A stretch of DNA of 49,885 nt from Deltaproteobacteria bacterium (lineage in GTDB: Bacteria; Desulfobacterota; Desulfuromonadia; Geobacterales; Pseudopelobacteraceae), in contig JACRCG010000234.1 in the NCBI GenBank assembly GCA_016219145.1, positions 1-49,885 on the forward strand, read 5' to 3'. The translations under genes were made by a program, and so were the position numbers. Below the pieces are notes generated by a model that was not told the DNA's origin, searched no databases, and saw nothing but the letters and a program-made list of their open reading frames with translations. Of this stretch, positions 8,378-17,544 are shown in pieces. Each line of letters starts with the position of its first letter. Position 1 is the first letter of the stretch.

Positions 8378-9415
8378 TCAGCTCTGGAAGAGGGCATCCG
8401 TAAACTCCTGCGGCTCGAAGTCGCGCAGATCTTCAATTGACTCTCCGATACCGATGAACCTGACCGGCAGTGCAAATTCATGGCTGACCGCAACCACTAT
8501 ACCCCCTTTGGCGGTGCCGTCCAGCTTGGTCAGCGCCAGTCCGCTTACACCTGCGGCCTCTTTGAAAAGCCTGGCCTGGGAGATGGCGTTCTGTCCGGTG
8601 GCGGCATCCACAACCAACAGGGTTTCGTGCGGCGCCCCCGGAATCTCGCGGTCGATAACGCGCCTGATCTTCTTCATCTCCTCCATCAGGTTGACCTTGG
8701 TATGCAGGCGTCCGGCGGTGTCCACAATCAGAATATCCACACCACGGGCGACCGCCGCCTTGCAGGCGTCAAAAACAACCGCCGAAGGGTCGGCCCCCTC
8801 CTTGTGACGGATCACATCCACCCCGGCGCGTTCGCCCCAGGCCACCAGCTGTTCGGCCGCCGCCGCCCGGAAGGTGTCGGCCGCCGCCAGCAGCACTTTC
8901 TTCCCGTGGCCGGAATAGCGTGAAGCCAGCTTGCCGATGGTGGTGGTCTTGCCGACGCCGTTCACGCCGATCACCAGCATGACATATGGTTTTGGGCCAT
9001 CCATCTCAAGTTTGCTGTGATGGGCGTTCAAGCGGCTGAAAATCTCTTCTTTCAGAGCCGCGCGCAACGCTTCGCCATCTTTCAATTCGTTGCGCCCCAA
9101 GCGTTGTTCCAGGATGCGAATCAACTCGACCGTGGTTTTAACGCCGATATCAGATGTAATCAGGATGTCTTCCAGCTCTTCCAGCGTGTCGGCATCGATC
9201 TCTTTTTTCCCGAGTACCAGAGTGTCTATGCGCCCGACCAGGCTTTCCTTGGTCTTTTTAAGTCCGGATTTCAGACGGTCGAGAAAGCCCGGTTTTTCAG
9301 CGTATTCCGGACCGGTTGCGGTCGCTTGTGCTTCGGCGGGCTTTTCACCAGGCTCGACTCCTGCGATTTTATCCAAAAGGCCGCTGAAAAAGCCTTTCTT
9401 TTCTTTTGGTTCCAT
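8378..9415 (-). CDS. ftsY: Signal recognition particle receptor FtsY
   Basis: SRP GTPase motifs GVNGVGKTTTIGKLA, DTAGRL and TKLDGTAKGG. The start is set at MEPKEKKGFFSG.. (9415), which overlaps the upstream stop codon (TGATG). Confidence 0.93.
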   Translation of the reverse strand: MEPKEKKGFFSGLLDKIAGVEPGEKPAEAQATATGPEYAEKPGFLDRLKSGLKKTKESLVGRIDTLVLGKKEIDADTLEELEDILITSDIGVKTTVELIRILEQRLGRNELKDGEALRAALKEEIFSRLNAHHSKLEMDGPKPYVMLVIGVNGVGKTTTIGKLASRYSGHGKKVLLAAADTFRAAAAEQLVAWGERAGVDVIRHKEGADPSAVVFDACKAAVARGVDILIVDTAGRLHTKVNLMEEMKKIRRVIDREIPGAPHETLLVVDAATGQNAISQARLFKEAAGVSGLALTKLDGTAKGGIVVAVSHEFALPVRFIGIGESIEDLRDFEPQEFTDALFQS

Positions 9416-9771
9416 CAAATCTCCTTCTTCAGTTCGGCAATGGCCAGGCGGAAGCGATACAGGGCCAACCCGATCGGGCAACTCCGTTCGGTGCTCATCA
9501 CCAGGGAATAATCCTGATCAATGCAGCCGATGATCAGGTGCATTTCGCTGGCGGTAATAACCACATCCTCCACAGCGCCGATCTGGTCTCTGCTCTGCAA
9601 CTCCTTTAAGTGAGCCAGAATTATGCCCTTGTGGGCGGCGATAAAGCGCATGTCGTAGGGGTCGCAATGGCAATGCTCCATGACCGCTTCGCCTTCCCAG
9701 TCAACCAGAATTGCCCCGATTGACTGCGGCACCTGATCGACCAGGTTCTTTAAAATAATTTCGAATGACAT
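9415..9771 (-). CDS. Roadblock/LC7 (MglB-like) domain protein
   Basis: 118 aa. MSFEIILKNLVDQVPQSIGAILVDWEGEAV.. resembles Roadblock/LC7 N-termini. Its stop overlaps the ftsY start. Confidence 0.6.
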   Translation of the reverse strand: MSFEIILKNLVDQVPQSIGAILVDWEGEAVMEHCHCDPYDMRFIAAHKGIILAHLKELQSRDQIGAVEDVVITASEMHLIIGCIDQDYSLVMSTERSCPIGLALYRFRLAIAELKKEI

Positions 9772-9786
9772 GTATCCTCCGGATAG

Positions 9787-9909
9787 TTCGTGGTTCGTGG
9801 TTCAAGGTTCGTGGTTCGTGGTTCAAGGTTCAAGGTTCAAGGTTCAAGGTTTGTGGTTCAAGGTTTACACTGCCAACCTCGAACCTTGAACCGTCTTCAA
9901 CCTTGAACC
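9787..9909. repeat. Tandem heptamer array (11 x TTCRWGG) followed by inverted complementary heptamers, forming a long hairpin
   Basis: 9787-9863 holds 11 perfectly phased 7-mers (TTCGTGG, TTCAAGG, one TTTGTGG). A spacer TTTACACTGCCAACC follows. Then come TCGAACC TTGAACC gtc TTCAACC TTGAACC (9879-9909), complementary to the array. Confidence 0.9.
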
Positions 9910-9915
9910 GTTTCT

Positions 9916-12900
9916 TCAATGCAACCTCACCGAAACCACCTTGGACGCCCCCGGCTCTTCCATGGTGATGCCGTAGAGGGTATCAGCCACCTGCATGGTG
10001 GCCTTGTTATGGGTGATGATGATGAACTGCGAAATGTCGCTCATCTCCCGCACCATCTCGTTGAATCGCCCGATGTTGGCGTCGTCCAGCGGCGCATCGA
10101 CCTCGTCCAGCAGGCAGAAAGGGGTCGGCTTGATCAGGAAAATCGAAAAGATCAGCGCCACCGCCGTCAGCGCCTTTTCGCCGCCCGAAAGCAGGGTCAC
10201 GTTCTGCAACTTCTTGCCGGGGGGCTGGACGATAATGTCGATGCCGGTCTCCAGCAGATCTTCTTCATCGGTCAGTCGCAGTTCGGCATGTCCGCCGCAG
10301 AACAGACGCGGAAAAACTTCCTGGAATTTGGCGTTGATCAGGTTGTAGGTCTCCAGAAAACGCTGGCGAGTAGTGCGGTTGATGCGCTGGATGGCCTGTT
10401 GCAGGCCGCGCAGCGACTCTTCCAGATCATCTTTCTGGCCGTTCAGAAAACTGAAGCGTTCCTCCATCCCGCTGCACTCCTCGATTGCCATCAGATTGAC
10501 CTCGCCCATCTCGTCCAGCAGCCGCTGCAACTCAACCCGGCGCAGCTTGCCGGCCGTTTCGTCAAATCCGGCCGAATCCAGTCTGGCCAGCGCCTCGGTC
10601 ATACTGATACGGCTGCGTTCGTGCAGATTCTGCTCCAGATGTTCAGACTGCATGGTCAGCGTCGAGAAACGCAGATTCAGACCGGCCTGAGCCTCTCTGG
10701 CAGCGTCGCTCTCTTCGCGGCTCTTCTTGAGCTGAGCCTCAAGCCGTGCCAGTGCCGCTCCGGCCTCCTCAAAACGGCCACGAGCAACGGTCAGGCGGCT
10801 CTCGGCCTCGGCCTGCTCACGCAGCAGCCCCTCCAGACGTGCGGTTGCCGTGGAGATTTCAGTCTCAAGCTGCTGCCGGGCCGTCGCTCCTGATTCAAAC
10901 TCCTTCCGGTCGGCTGACGCGCGTTTCAGAATCTCATCCATGCGCTGTTCCAGTTCGGACAGGGCGCGCAGGCCGGCCTCATGCTGCTCCCTGATGGTGG
11001 CGGTCTGTACCAGAATGCCGGTCACCTTTTCACGGGCGGCGGCCAACAGCACACGGCGTGCCTCAAGCTCGACCTTCAGGCGGGATGTTTCCAGCTCCAG
11101 CCCTTTTGAGGCGTCCCCCGCTTGCAAAGCCTGTTCTCCGGACAGTTTCAGCTCGGCCTCCAGGGCGGTCTGCTCCTCATGGAGATTGGCGGCCTCCCCG
11201 GATTGAACCTCCAGCCTATCGGCAATACGCTGGCTTTCATCAAGCGCCTGCTGGCGATCTTTAAGCAGCCCGGTCAGCTTAAGCTCGGCCTGATGCAGTT
11301 GGTTCCCGCCGCTTTTAAGTCCCTCAGCCACCTCCAGGCTCTGGCGGCGCAAATCTTCGCGCTGCTTGGCGAGGGCCGCTGTCTCTTCCTCCAGACCGGC
11401 TACCAGCAGCTCCAGCTCCCTGATCTCACGCTTTTTGTGAATCAGCCCACTGCCGGCCTGTTCGCCCGAACCGCCGCTGATGATCCCACCCTGGGCAACC
11501 ATGTCGCCGGCCGGGGTGACAAAAGTCAGAGCGGGGTGCTGCCTGGCCAGACGAAGCGCGCCAGCCAAGTCATCAACCAGCAGCACCTTTGCCAGCAGAT
11601 TCAGGATCAATCCGGCATGGGGGCCGTCTGTCTGCACCAGGTTCAGCAGCGCGGTCGCCCCTGTCACCAGCGGCGGAGCAGCTGCGGGCAGGTCCAGCGG
11701 GAGAGCTATTCCGGCCCGCCCGCCGTTTTTTGTCTTTAAATAATCGAGCGCCGCAACGGCATCCTTGTCATCAGCACAGAGCAGGCATTGCAAACGGTCC
11801 GTCAGCGCCGATTCAAGCGCCGACTCAAGTTCGGGCGGAGCCTGGATGGCATCCGCCAGCACACCGCTGAATCGGGAGCGCAGGGCAGCTTCCTTCATCA
11901 GCGTCCGCACCCCCTGGCCAAAACCGGCAAACTGTGCTTGCAGCTCTTTCAGTGAATGAAGACGCGAAGAGCTGCGATTCAGTTCGTCCCGGCGCGATTG
12001 CCACCCTTTTTCAATTTCCGGCAGGCGCCGTTTCAGGTCGTCCTCGTGTTCACGCAGGGTGGAGAGCCTGGTCTGCAGCGCTGTCTGCTCCTGCTGGCCG
12101 GCGGCGATACTCTTTTCCAGCTCGCTGGCCTGACGGCGCAGCTGTTCACGCCGTTCCGCCAGCTGTACGGCCTCTCTGGAATGGCGTTCCAGACGCTCTT
12201 TCAACGAGGACAGCCGATTCTGGGCGGTCTCAGAGCGGTTTTTGAACTGGGCCGCCTCGGCCAGGGCGCCGAACAGATCGCGGCGGCGATTCTCAAGCTC
12301 CCGGTTCAACTGCTCTTCGGCCAGCTGGTGCGCGGCCAGTGCCTCTTCGGCCAACTCCAGCCCGGCCTGCATCCCGGCGGCATCAACCGCCCCGGTGTCG
12401 CGGCGGAGTTCCAGCAGCCCGCGCTGTTCGCTGCACTCTTTCAGACGCTGGTCCAGTTCAGCCGCTTCGGCCGCCAGCCGCACCAGACGGCCGTCCAGCG
12501 CCGCCAACTCCTTGCGCTGGAACTCCAGCCCGTTGCCGGTCGCGCTGAATTCGTTTCTGACGCGAAAAATTTCCTCCTGGGCGGTTGTTAGCTGTTTTTC
12601 AGCCTCCAGCAGAGCCAAGCGGGCCTCTTCAGCCTGTGATTCTCCAATTGCCGAGGCGGCGAAAACTTCGCGGATGCGCCCGTTCAGCGCAGCCAGCTCC
12701 CGTTCCGCAGCCGTGCGTTGCAGCTGTATTTCGCGATACTCCTGCGCGGTGAAGAACAGATCGATGTCGCGCAGTTCGTCACGATACTCCCGGAATTTTT
12801 CGGCTTTTTTGGCCTGGCGCTGCAATGATGTCAACTGCCGCCGGATCTCACCCAGAACGTCCGCCAGACGCGCCAGATTCTGGCGGGTTCCCTCGATCTT

Positions 12901-13446
12901 TTTCAGCGCCAGCTGTTTGCGGGATTTGAACTTGGTTACTCCGGCCGCCTCCTCGATCAGAAAGCGCCGTTCCTCCGGGCGGGAATGCAGGATCTGGCCG
13001 ATCTTGCCCTGCTCGATGATCGAATAGGCGCGGGTACCGACGCCGGTATCCATGAAAAGTTCAGTAATATCCAGCAGACGGCAGGGGGTCTTGTTGATCA
13101 GGTAATCGCTCTCGCCGTCGCGGTACAGGCGGCGGGTGAGCTGGATTTCGGAATAATCCAGATACTTGGCCGGAGCGCGCCCATCCTCGGTCGAAAAGAC
13201 CAGCGAAACTTCAGCCAGTCCCAGCGGCTTGCGATTGTCGCTCCCCGCAAAAATCACATCCTCCATCGCCTTGCCGCGCAGATTTTTGGCGGATTGCTCC
13301 CCCATGCACCAGCGGATGGCATCCACGATATTGGACTTGCCGCAACCGTTCGGACCAACCACGGCGGTCACATTCTGCTGAAAGTCCAGCACAGTTTTTT
13401 CGGCAAAACTCTTGAAGCCGTTTATTTCGAGTCGTTTGATTTTCAT
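9916..13446 (-). CDS. smc: Chromosome partition protein SMC
   Basis: 1176 aa with Walker A GPNGCGKSN, long coiled coils, a hinge, the C-terminal signature LSGGEKALTAVAL and Walker B LLDEVDAPLD. Confidence 0.97.
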   Translation of the reverse strand: MKIKRLEINGFKSFAEKTVLDFQQNVTAVVGPNGCGKSNIVDAIRWCMGEQSAKNLRGKAMEDVIFAGSDNRKPLGLAEVSLVFSTEDGRAPAKYLDYSEIQLTRRLYRDGESDYLINKTPCRLLDITELFMDTGVGTRAYSIIEQGKIGQILHSRPEERRFLIEEAAGVTKFKSRKQLALKKIEGTRQNLARLADVLGEIRRQLTSLQRQAKKAEKFREYRDELRDIDLFFTAQEYREIQLQRTAAERELAALNGRIREVFAASAIGESQAEEARLALLEAEKQLTTAQEEIFRVRNEFSATGNGLEFQRKELAALDGRLVRLAAEAAELDQRLKECSEQRGLLELRRDTGAVDAAGMQAGLELAEEALAAHQLAEEQLNRELENRRRDLFGALAEAAQFKNRSETAQNRLSSLKERLERHSREAVQLAERREQLRRQASELEKSIAAGQQEQTALQTRLSTLREHEDDLKRRLPEIEKGWQSRRDELNRSSSRLHSLKELQAQFAGFGQGVRTLMKEAALRSRFSGVLADAIQAPPELESALESALTDRLQCLLCADDKDAVAALDYLKTKNGGRAGIALPLDLPAAAPPLVTGATALLNLVQTDGPHAGLILNLLAKVLLVDDLAGALRLARQHPALTFVTPAGDMVAQGGIISGGSGEQAGSGLIHKKREIRELELLVAGLEEETAALAKQREDLRRQSLEVAEGLKSGGNQLHQAELKLTGLLKDRQQALDESQRIADRLEVQSGEAANLHEEQTALEAELKLSGEQALQAGDASKGLELETSRLKVELEARRVLLAAAREKVTGILVQTATIREQHEAGLRALSELEQRMDEILKRASADRKEFESGATARQQLETEISTATARLEGLLREQAEAESRLTVARGRFEEAGAALARLEAQLKKSREESDAAREAQAGLNLRFSTLTMQSEHLEQNLHERSRISMTEALARLDSAGFDETAGKLRRVELQRLLDEMGEVNLMAIEECSGMEERFSFLNGQKDDLEESLRGLQQAIQRINRTTRQRFLETYNLINAKFQEVFPRLFCGGHAELRLTDEEDLLETGIDIIVQPPGKKLQNVTLLSGGEKALTAVALIFSIFLIKPTPFCLLDEVDAPLDDANIGRFNEMVREMSDISQFIIITHNKATMQVADTLYGITMEEPGASKVVSVRLH

Positions 13447-13750
13447 GGTGTTATGATATATGCCAACCTGCTGTATTAACGTATTATTTACTGGCTCATG
13501 CGTGATGGTTTGCTATGGTTTTACCGGCACATCGCCACTATTCAGCCAGTGGGGCGAGACATAGAGGTAAGCCCCCACCCAAAGCATAATCGGGAGGTTG
13601 TGAAAATTACCATTGCGGACCTGTACCGTCAATATATATCCCTGAAAGATATTCTGAATCACAGGAGGGGAAATTACGTTGTCTGCATGAGTGTGGAGCG
13701 GCTATTCGGCAACGCCCATGTTGGCGGGCAACTTGTCGGCGGCGACGTCA

Positions 13751-14038
13751 TCAAACCCGATCCTTGGCGTTTCGATACACCAGATTGTTTTCCCGCTTGC
13801 CTACTGCAATAACAGTAACCAGCACAAGAGTGTCGCAAACCTGGTAGACCAGACGATAGCCTGCGTCGCGGAGTTTTATTTTGTAGCAGTCGGGTAATCC
13901 GGCCAGTCGGGCAGACTCAACGCGGGGAGAGACAAGACGTTCAGCAAGCCGTTTTTTAAACAGCTCTCTGATACTGTTATCCAGCTTGCGCCACTCTTTC
14001 AGGGCAGATTCCTTGAATTCCAGCTCATAGTTCATCAA
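13751..14038 (-). CDS. RelE/ParE(StbE)-family type II toxin
   Basis: 95 aa, ..YELEFKESALKEWRKLDNSIRELFKKRL..GYRLVYQV.DTLVLVTVIAVGKRE.. It overlaps the upstream antitoxin gene. Confidence 0.85.
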   Translation of the reverse strand: MMNYELEFKESALKEWRKLDNSIRELFKKRLAERLVSPRVESARLAGLPDCYKIKLRDAGYRLVYQVCDTLVLVTVIAVGKRENNLVYRNAKDRV

Positions 14039-14282
14039 GCGATACCTTGACGCTGCGTTCCTGCTGGCGATCTTTTACGAGCTGGATGAGATACTGGTCA
14101 TCAAGCTGTTCCATGATAGCTTCAAAGGCGGCAGCAGGGACAAGATAGGCGGTGGGACGATTATGGTTGAGGATGGCGACCGGCGCGCCATGGGAACGTT
14201 TGATGACATCGGAAGGATTTTTTTTGAGGTCGCTGATACTGACGGTAGCTGAAGCAAGCATAGTTTGCATGGTGGGCTCCAA
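14025..14282 (-). CDS. Phd/YefM(StbD)-family antitoxin
   Basis: 85 aa, ..ATVSISDLKKNPSDVIKRSHGAPVAILNHNRPTAYLVPAAAFEAIME.. It overlaps the toxin gene by 14 nt. Confidence 0.85.
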   Translation of the reverse strand: MEPTMQTMLASATVSISDLKKNPSDVIKRSHGAPVAILNHNRPTAYLVPAAAFEAIMEQLDDQYLIQLVKDRQQERSVKVSLDEL

Positions 14283-14480
14283 TATTTATTTAGAGCCTAT
14301 TTTAGGTCATTATTCAGGTCATTACAACAAAACATTTCAACATACCGCACGCCGCAACAGCTCTCCTCTCTGCTGCCCCATAAATGGAAAATCGATAGTT
14401 GACATTTATGGACTGTATTAACCCGGAAAAGACTCAGGTTTTTAACGTTTGTTCCTGATTTGTTTATTTTCCAGCAAGTA

Positions 14481-15110
14481 CTACGAAGGAAGATCATATG
14501 AAACTTTGGTGTCAGTTACTGTAATAACTCCCTGTTTTTGTAATTCGTTTAATAGTGAATCTAATTCTTGATCTGGCAGTTGTTTCTGGAAAAGAGAGTT
14601 AATGGTGCTGGAAAGTGTCTTGATTGTTCTGGGTTTTGCCGCGCCACGGCGTTGGAGGTCTCCGATAATTACGGCCAGCTTTTCTGATGGCGATTTTGAA
14701 TTGGCGGCTTTTACGATAGGGATGTCTATCACGGACTTCGAGCGACAAGCCAGGATTTTCCTGCTCTTGAGGTGTTGTATGAGCGGGTCGAAGCCTGTGT
14801 CTTTTGAAACAATATGAAAATATGCCCCCGGCTCTTGTGCAGCGAGTTGCCCAATGTAGAACGCAATATGGAAATCTAGCGCATTTGAACCGTTTCCAGC
14901 GATTTTGATATACTCGGCTTTATCGCCCATACGCTGGAGAACTGACGCTACTTCAAAAGTAACTTTTGTTTGGTTTGCGCCTACAAAAACGATGACTTTG
15001 AAGTGCTCTTTTTCAAGAACGGCCATGGCCTCGGGTTGAACGTTCTCGTAGTCAATAAGTACGAAATTTGTTTTCAAGTTACCTCCATTATTAGTGAATT
15101 TACAACTCAT
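14481..15110 (-). CDS. NYN/PIN-like domain protein with a C-terminal helical (LOTUS/wHTH-like) tail
   Basis: 209 aa. FVLIDYENVQP..VIVFVGANQ..GSNALDFHIAFYIG..HIVSKDTGFDPL resembles LabA/NYN-type nucleases. The start is uncertain: a TTG preceded by GGAGG, 11 codons in, is an alternative. Confidence 0.45.
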   Translation of the reverse strand: MSCKFTNNGGNLKTNFVLIDYENVQPEAMAVLEKEHFKVIVFVGANQTKVTFEVASVLQRMGDKAEYIKIAGNGSNALDFHIAFYIGQLAAQEPGAYFHIVSKDTGFDPLIQHLKSRKILACRSKSVIDIPIVKAANSKSPSEKLAVIIGDLQRRGAAKPRTIKTLSSTINSLFQKQLPDQELDSLLNELQKQGVITVTDTKVSYDLPS

Positions 15111-15347
15111 TCCTGATCAAATCCACCCAACATCCAAAACAGGGAGATGACCAGACCGGATAGCATTCTTTACCCATCACCCGCCGGGCCTGTTTATCGA
15201 TTGTGTCTGTATATCAGGAAATCAAACGAAATTACATGGAAATTAGTCTTCATTAAAAAAAGTAATTGGCCGAGAAATATGGACGGATTTTCCCGTCATC
15301 GGGTATCATGGGCACAAGCTGTTTATGCAATGCAGGAGGGACCGGAT

Positions 15348-15746
15348 ATGACAACGTCAGAGTTCCGTATATCAACAACCAGGCGCACACAATTCATCTC
15401 CATGACATCAAAAATTGCTTCCATTATTGCGGATAATAACTGGAAGGATGGTGTCATTACGGTTTTTGTTCCGCATACCACCGCCGGGGTGACCATCAAC
15501 GAGAACGCCGATCCGGATGTGGCGAGGGACATGGAAAGCTTCAGTGATGAACTGGTGCCACGCAGCAATCGTTTCCATCACAGCGAAGGCAATTCGGATG
15601 CTCACATCAAGGCCAGTTTCTATGGATCGTCGGTACAGGTAATCGTTCGGAACGGGAAAATGTGGCTGGGTATCTGGCAGGGGATATATTTCTGCGAGTT
15701 TGACGGGCCGCGCGAAAGGAATGTCTGTCTGGCTTTTACTGCGTGA
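15348..15746 (+). CDS. yjbQ: YjbQ/UPF0047 family protein (secondary thiamine-phosphate synthase-like)
   Basis: 132 aa from the ATG at 15348, which follows AGGAGG. GVITVFVPHTTAGVTINENADPDVARDM..HSEGNSDAHIKAS is the family signature. The ORF-track start at 15147 adds an implausible 67-aa leader. Confidence 0.8.
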   Translation: MTTSEFRISTTRRTQFISMTSKIASIIADNNWKDGVITVFVPHTTAGVTINENADPDVARDMESFSDELVPRSNRFHHSEGNSDAHIKASFYGSSVQVIVRNGKMWLGIWQGIYFCEFDGPRERNVCLAFTA

Positions 15747-15757
15747 TAACAGTCCAA

Positions 15758-16597
15758 TTACTCCCCGCCGGTTTCATCAAGCAGGTCAATGACATTGACC
15801 TCCATTGAAAACAGGTCAATTATCATTTGACGCCGTCTCAGAGGTGTCCCCCGGCCGAGCAGCAGCTTGCAGACTTCAGCGACTTCAAGGCTGGCGACCA
15901 CAGCTGGCGTGAAGGAGGGATTTCCGAGGGACTGTTCGATGCCTTTGCCCGCTTCCCAGGAACGATAGATGATTTCCAGGGTGTTGTCGCCCGGAAACTG
16001 GGTGGTGACATGCCCAAACCAGCCGGCAATAGCGCCATGCACAAGCGGGATCTTCAGCTGGTTGCAGACCGCTCCCAATTCCAGCCGGACCTGTATCGAG
16101 TCAAGCGCGTCAACCGCAATCTGACATCCGGCCAGCAGGTCAGCCCCGTTTTCAGGGGAGAATGCAGTTTGAAGCGGCAGCAGAGTCACCGCCGGATTGA
16201 CAGCGCCGATACGCTCAAAGGCAGCTTCCACCTTGGCCCGCCCCAGATTGGCGGTCGAGCTGAACAGCTGCCGGTTCAGGTTATGCTCCTCAAAAATATC
16301 CGGATCAATTACAACAATCCGGCCGACTCCCAGACGGGCCAACTCTTCCACAACATAGCCCCCCAGGCCACCGCAGCCGATCACAGCCACGCAGCTGCGG
16401 AACAGTGTCAGCTGGTCATCTACCGGGATGGCGCTGCGATTGCGCTGATAGCGGGCCGGCAGACTGCCCCGCTCCAGGGCCACCTCCTCAACCTGGGCCA
16501 GAGTTGCTCCGAAGCGTTCGGCCGCCTCGACCTGACGAATCCAGGGGAGCAGCTGTCCATCGGCGTAATCGCGCACGAAACCGGGCAGCGTGTCCAT
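15758..16597 (-). CDS. ThiF/MoeB/HesA-family E1-like adenylyltransferase
   Basis: Rossmann motif VAVIGCGGLGGYVVEELARLGVGRIVVIDPD..NLNRQ. The start at MDTLPGF.. lies 1 nt after the upstream stop. Confidence 0.8.
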   Translation of the reverse strand: MDTLPGFVRDYADGQLLPWIRQVEAAERFGATLAQVEEVALERGSLPARYQRNRSAIPVDDQLTLFRSCVAVIGCGGLGGYVVEELARLGVGRIVVIDPDIFEEHNLNRQLFSSTANLGRAKVEAAFERIGAVNPAVTLLPLQTAFSPENGADLLAGCQIAVDALDSIQVRLELGAVCNQLKIPLVHGAIAGWFGHVTTQFPGDNTLEIIYRSWEAGKGIEQSLGNPSFTPAVVASLEVAEVCKLLLGRGTPLRRRQMIIDLFSMEVNVIDLLDETGGE

Positions 16598-16598
16598 A

Positions 16599-16823
16599 TC
16601 AACCCCCTCCCAGAAGCGGAAAGAGCGCCAGCGTGTCGCCTTCTTCAAGCGGCCGGTCCAGTTTGACATGACGGTTGTTGACCATCATGATCCCCAACTC
16701 GGTGCGCGGCAGTTTCAGGCTGTCGGCAACATCGGCCACAGTGGCGCCAGCCGGATAATCACCGCTTTCAATGTCAAAACGGCCGGTTCGGAATGATGCA
16801 AACAGTTTTACGGTTATGTTCAT
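16599..16823 (-). CDS. MoaD/ThiS-family sulfur-carrier (ubiquitin-like) protein
   Basis: 74 aa from MNITVKLFASF.., ending in ..LALFPLLGGG* (C-terminal Gly-Gly). An RBS (GGGGAG) lies 8 nt upstream. Confidence 0.8.
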   Translation of the reverse strand: MNITVKLFASFRTGRFDIESGDYPAGATVADVADSLKLPRTELGIMMVNNRHVKLDRPLEEGDTLALFPLLGGG

Positions 16824-16828
16824 ACAGG

Positions 16829-17392
16829 TCACTCCCCGAAAATCGCCTTGATACAGGTATGGCCCAGGTCACTTTCCCCCATTCCATCACGGAGACTATG
16901 TAGCACAGGTTTGTCCATTTTGGGGAGGTTTATCAGCAACTCATCCAGCTCGTCCCGCTTCAGAATAAGGCCGTGCGCCAGAACAAGCGGCCCAAGTTCG
17001 GCCAGCAGCAGATTGAAAAGTTTCATGCGGATTGTTCCGCGCGTACCTGATGCCGTGACGTTACCAGCCGCATGGCTGATGCCCCGGCGCAGCGCGGCAT
17101 AGTATCCGCCGCGTCTCATGGTGGCGCCGACAAGTCCGGGCATGGCAGCCGACAAAGTGACTCTGGAGCCATCTTGTATGATGGCCTGTTCAAGATTGTC
17201 TACCGGGCGATTGTCCAGAAATACAGTTGTTATCCGGTCGGTTACATAATCGGCAGGGATGGCGAACTGGTCGCAGAGCAGGCTTTTCAGGGTGCATCCG
17301 ACAATGGACGGAACTGTCACGCCGCTCTGGAGAAGCGGAAAGAAAGCGTTCAGCTGGTCGGAAGGGAGGTGCAGCACGGTTTCAGGATTCAC
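16829..17392 (-). CDS. Hypothetical protein of the AOR cluster (no family recognised)
   Basis: 187 aa if started at the GTG at 17392, preceded by GGGAGA (VNPETVLHLPSDQLNAFF..). The coding-like frame is tightly packed between aor and the moaD-like gene. Confidence 0.5.
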   Translation of the reverse strand: MNPETVLHLPSDQLNAFFPLLQSGVTVPSIVGCTLKSLLCDQFAIPADYVTDRITTVFLDNRPVDNLEQAIIQDGSRVTLSAAMPGLVGATMRRGGYYAALRRGISHAAGNVTASGTRGTIRMKLFNLLLAELGPLVLAHGLILKRDELDELLINLPKMDKPVLHSLRDGMGESDLGHTCIKAIFGE

Positions 17393-17544
17393 GGTTGTCT
17401 CCCAAAAAAATATTCCCAAGGCGTTCAGATGTGCGTCAGGTCGGCCCCGCCCGGACGGACTCCGCGGAGGCGTAGCAGCGCTACGCCGCACAAGAGAGTC
17501 CGGAGGACGGGGCCGAGATGGCGTGCATCTGGACGCCGCTAAAA

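Noticed and set aside
8269-8493. N-terminal 75-aa extension of the ZapB-like ORF (the ORF track gives 136 aa).
   Set aside because: The extension overlaps the 3' end of ftsY in another frame and is Arg/Ser/Pro-rich with no coiled-coil character. The internal ATG at 8268 yields a typical 61-aa ZapB-like protein.
9787-9909. I considered whether the heptamer array could be a CRISPR array.
   Set aside because: The repeat unit is 7 nt with no spacers and there are no cas genes. It is a microsatellite-like tandem repeat with a fold-back arm.
9919-13479. Many long plus-strand ORFs (for example 9919-10893, 11956-12591, 12242-13027) antisense to smc.
   Set aside because: They lie entirely inside the well-supported smc CDS. 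Their low-complexity Arg/Ala/Ser/Pro-rich translations are typical of antisense frames in GC-rich coiled-coil genes, and they have no RBS.
13498-13812. A 104-aa plus-strand ORF in the gap between smc and relE.
   Set aside because: It has no RBS, overlaps the relE 3' end on the opposite strand, and lies in an AT-rich region with no motifs. It is probably non-coding or a gene remnant.
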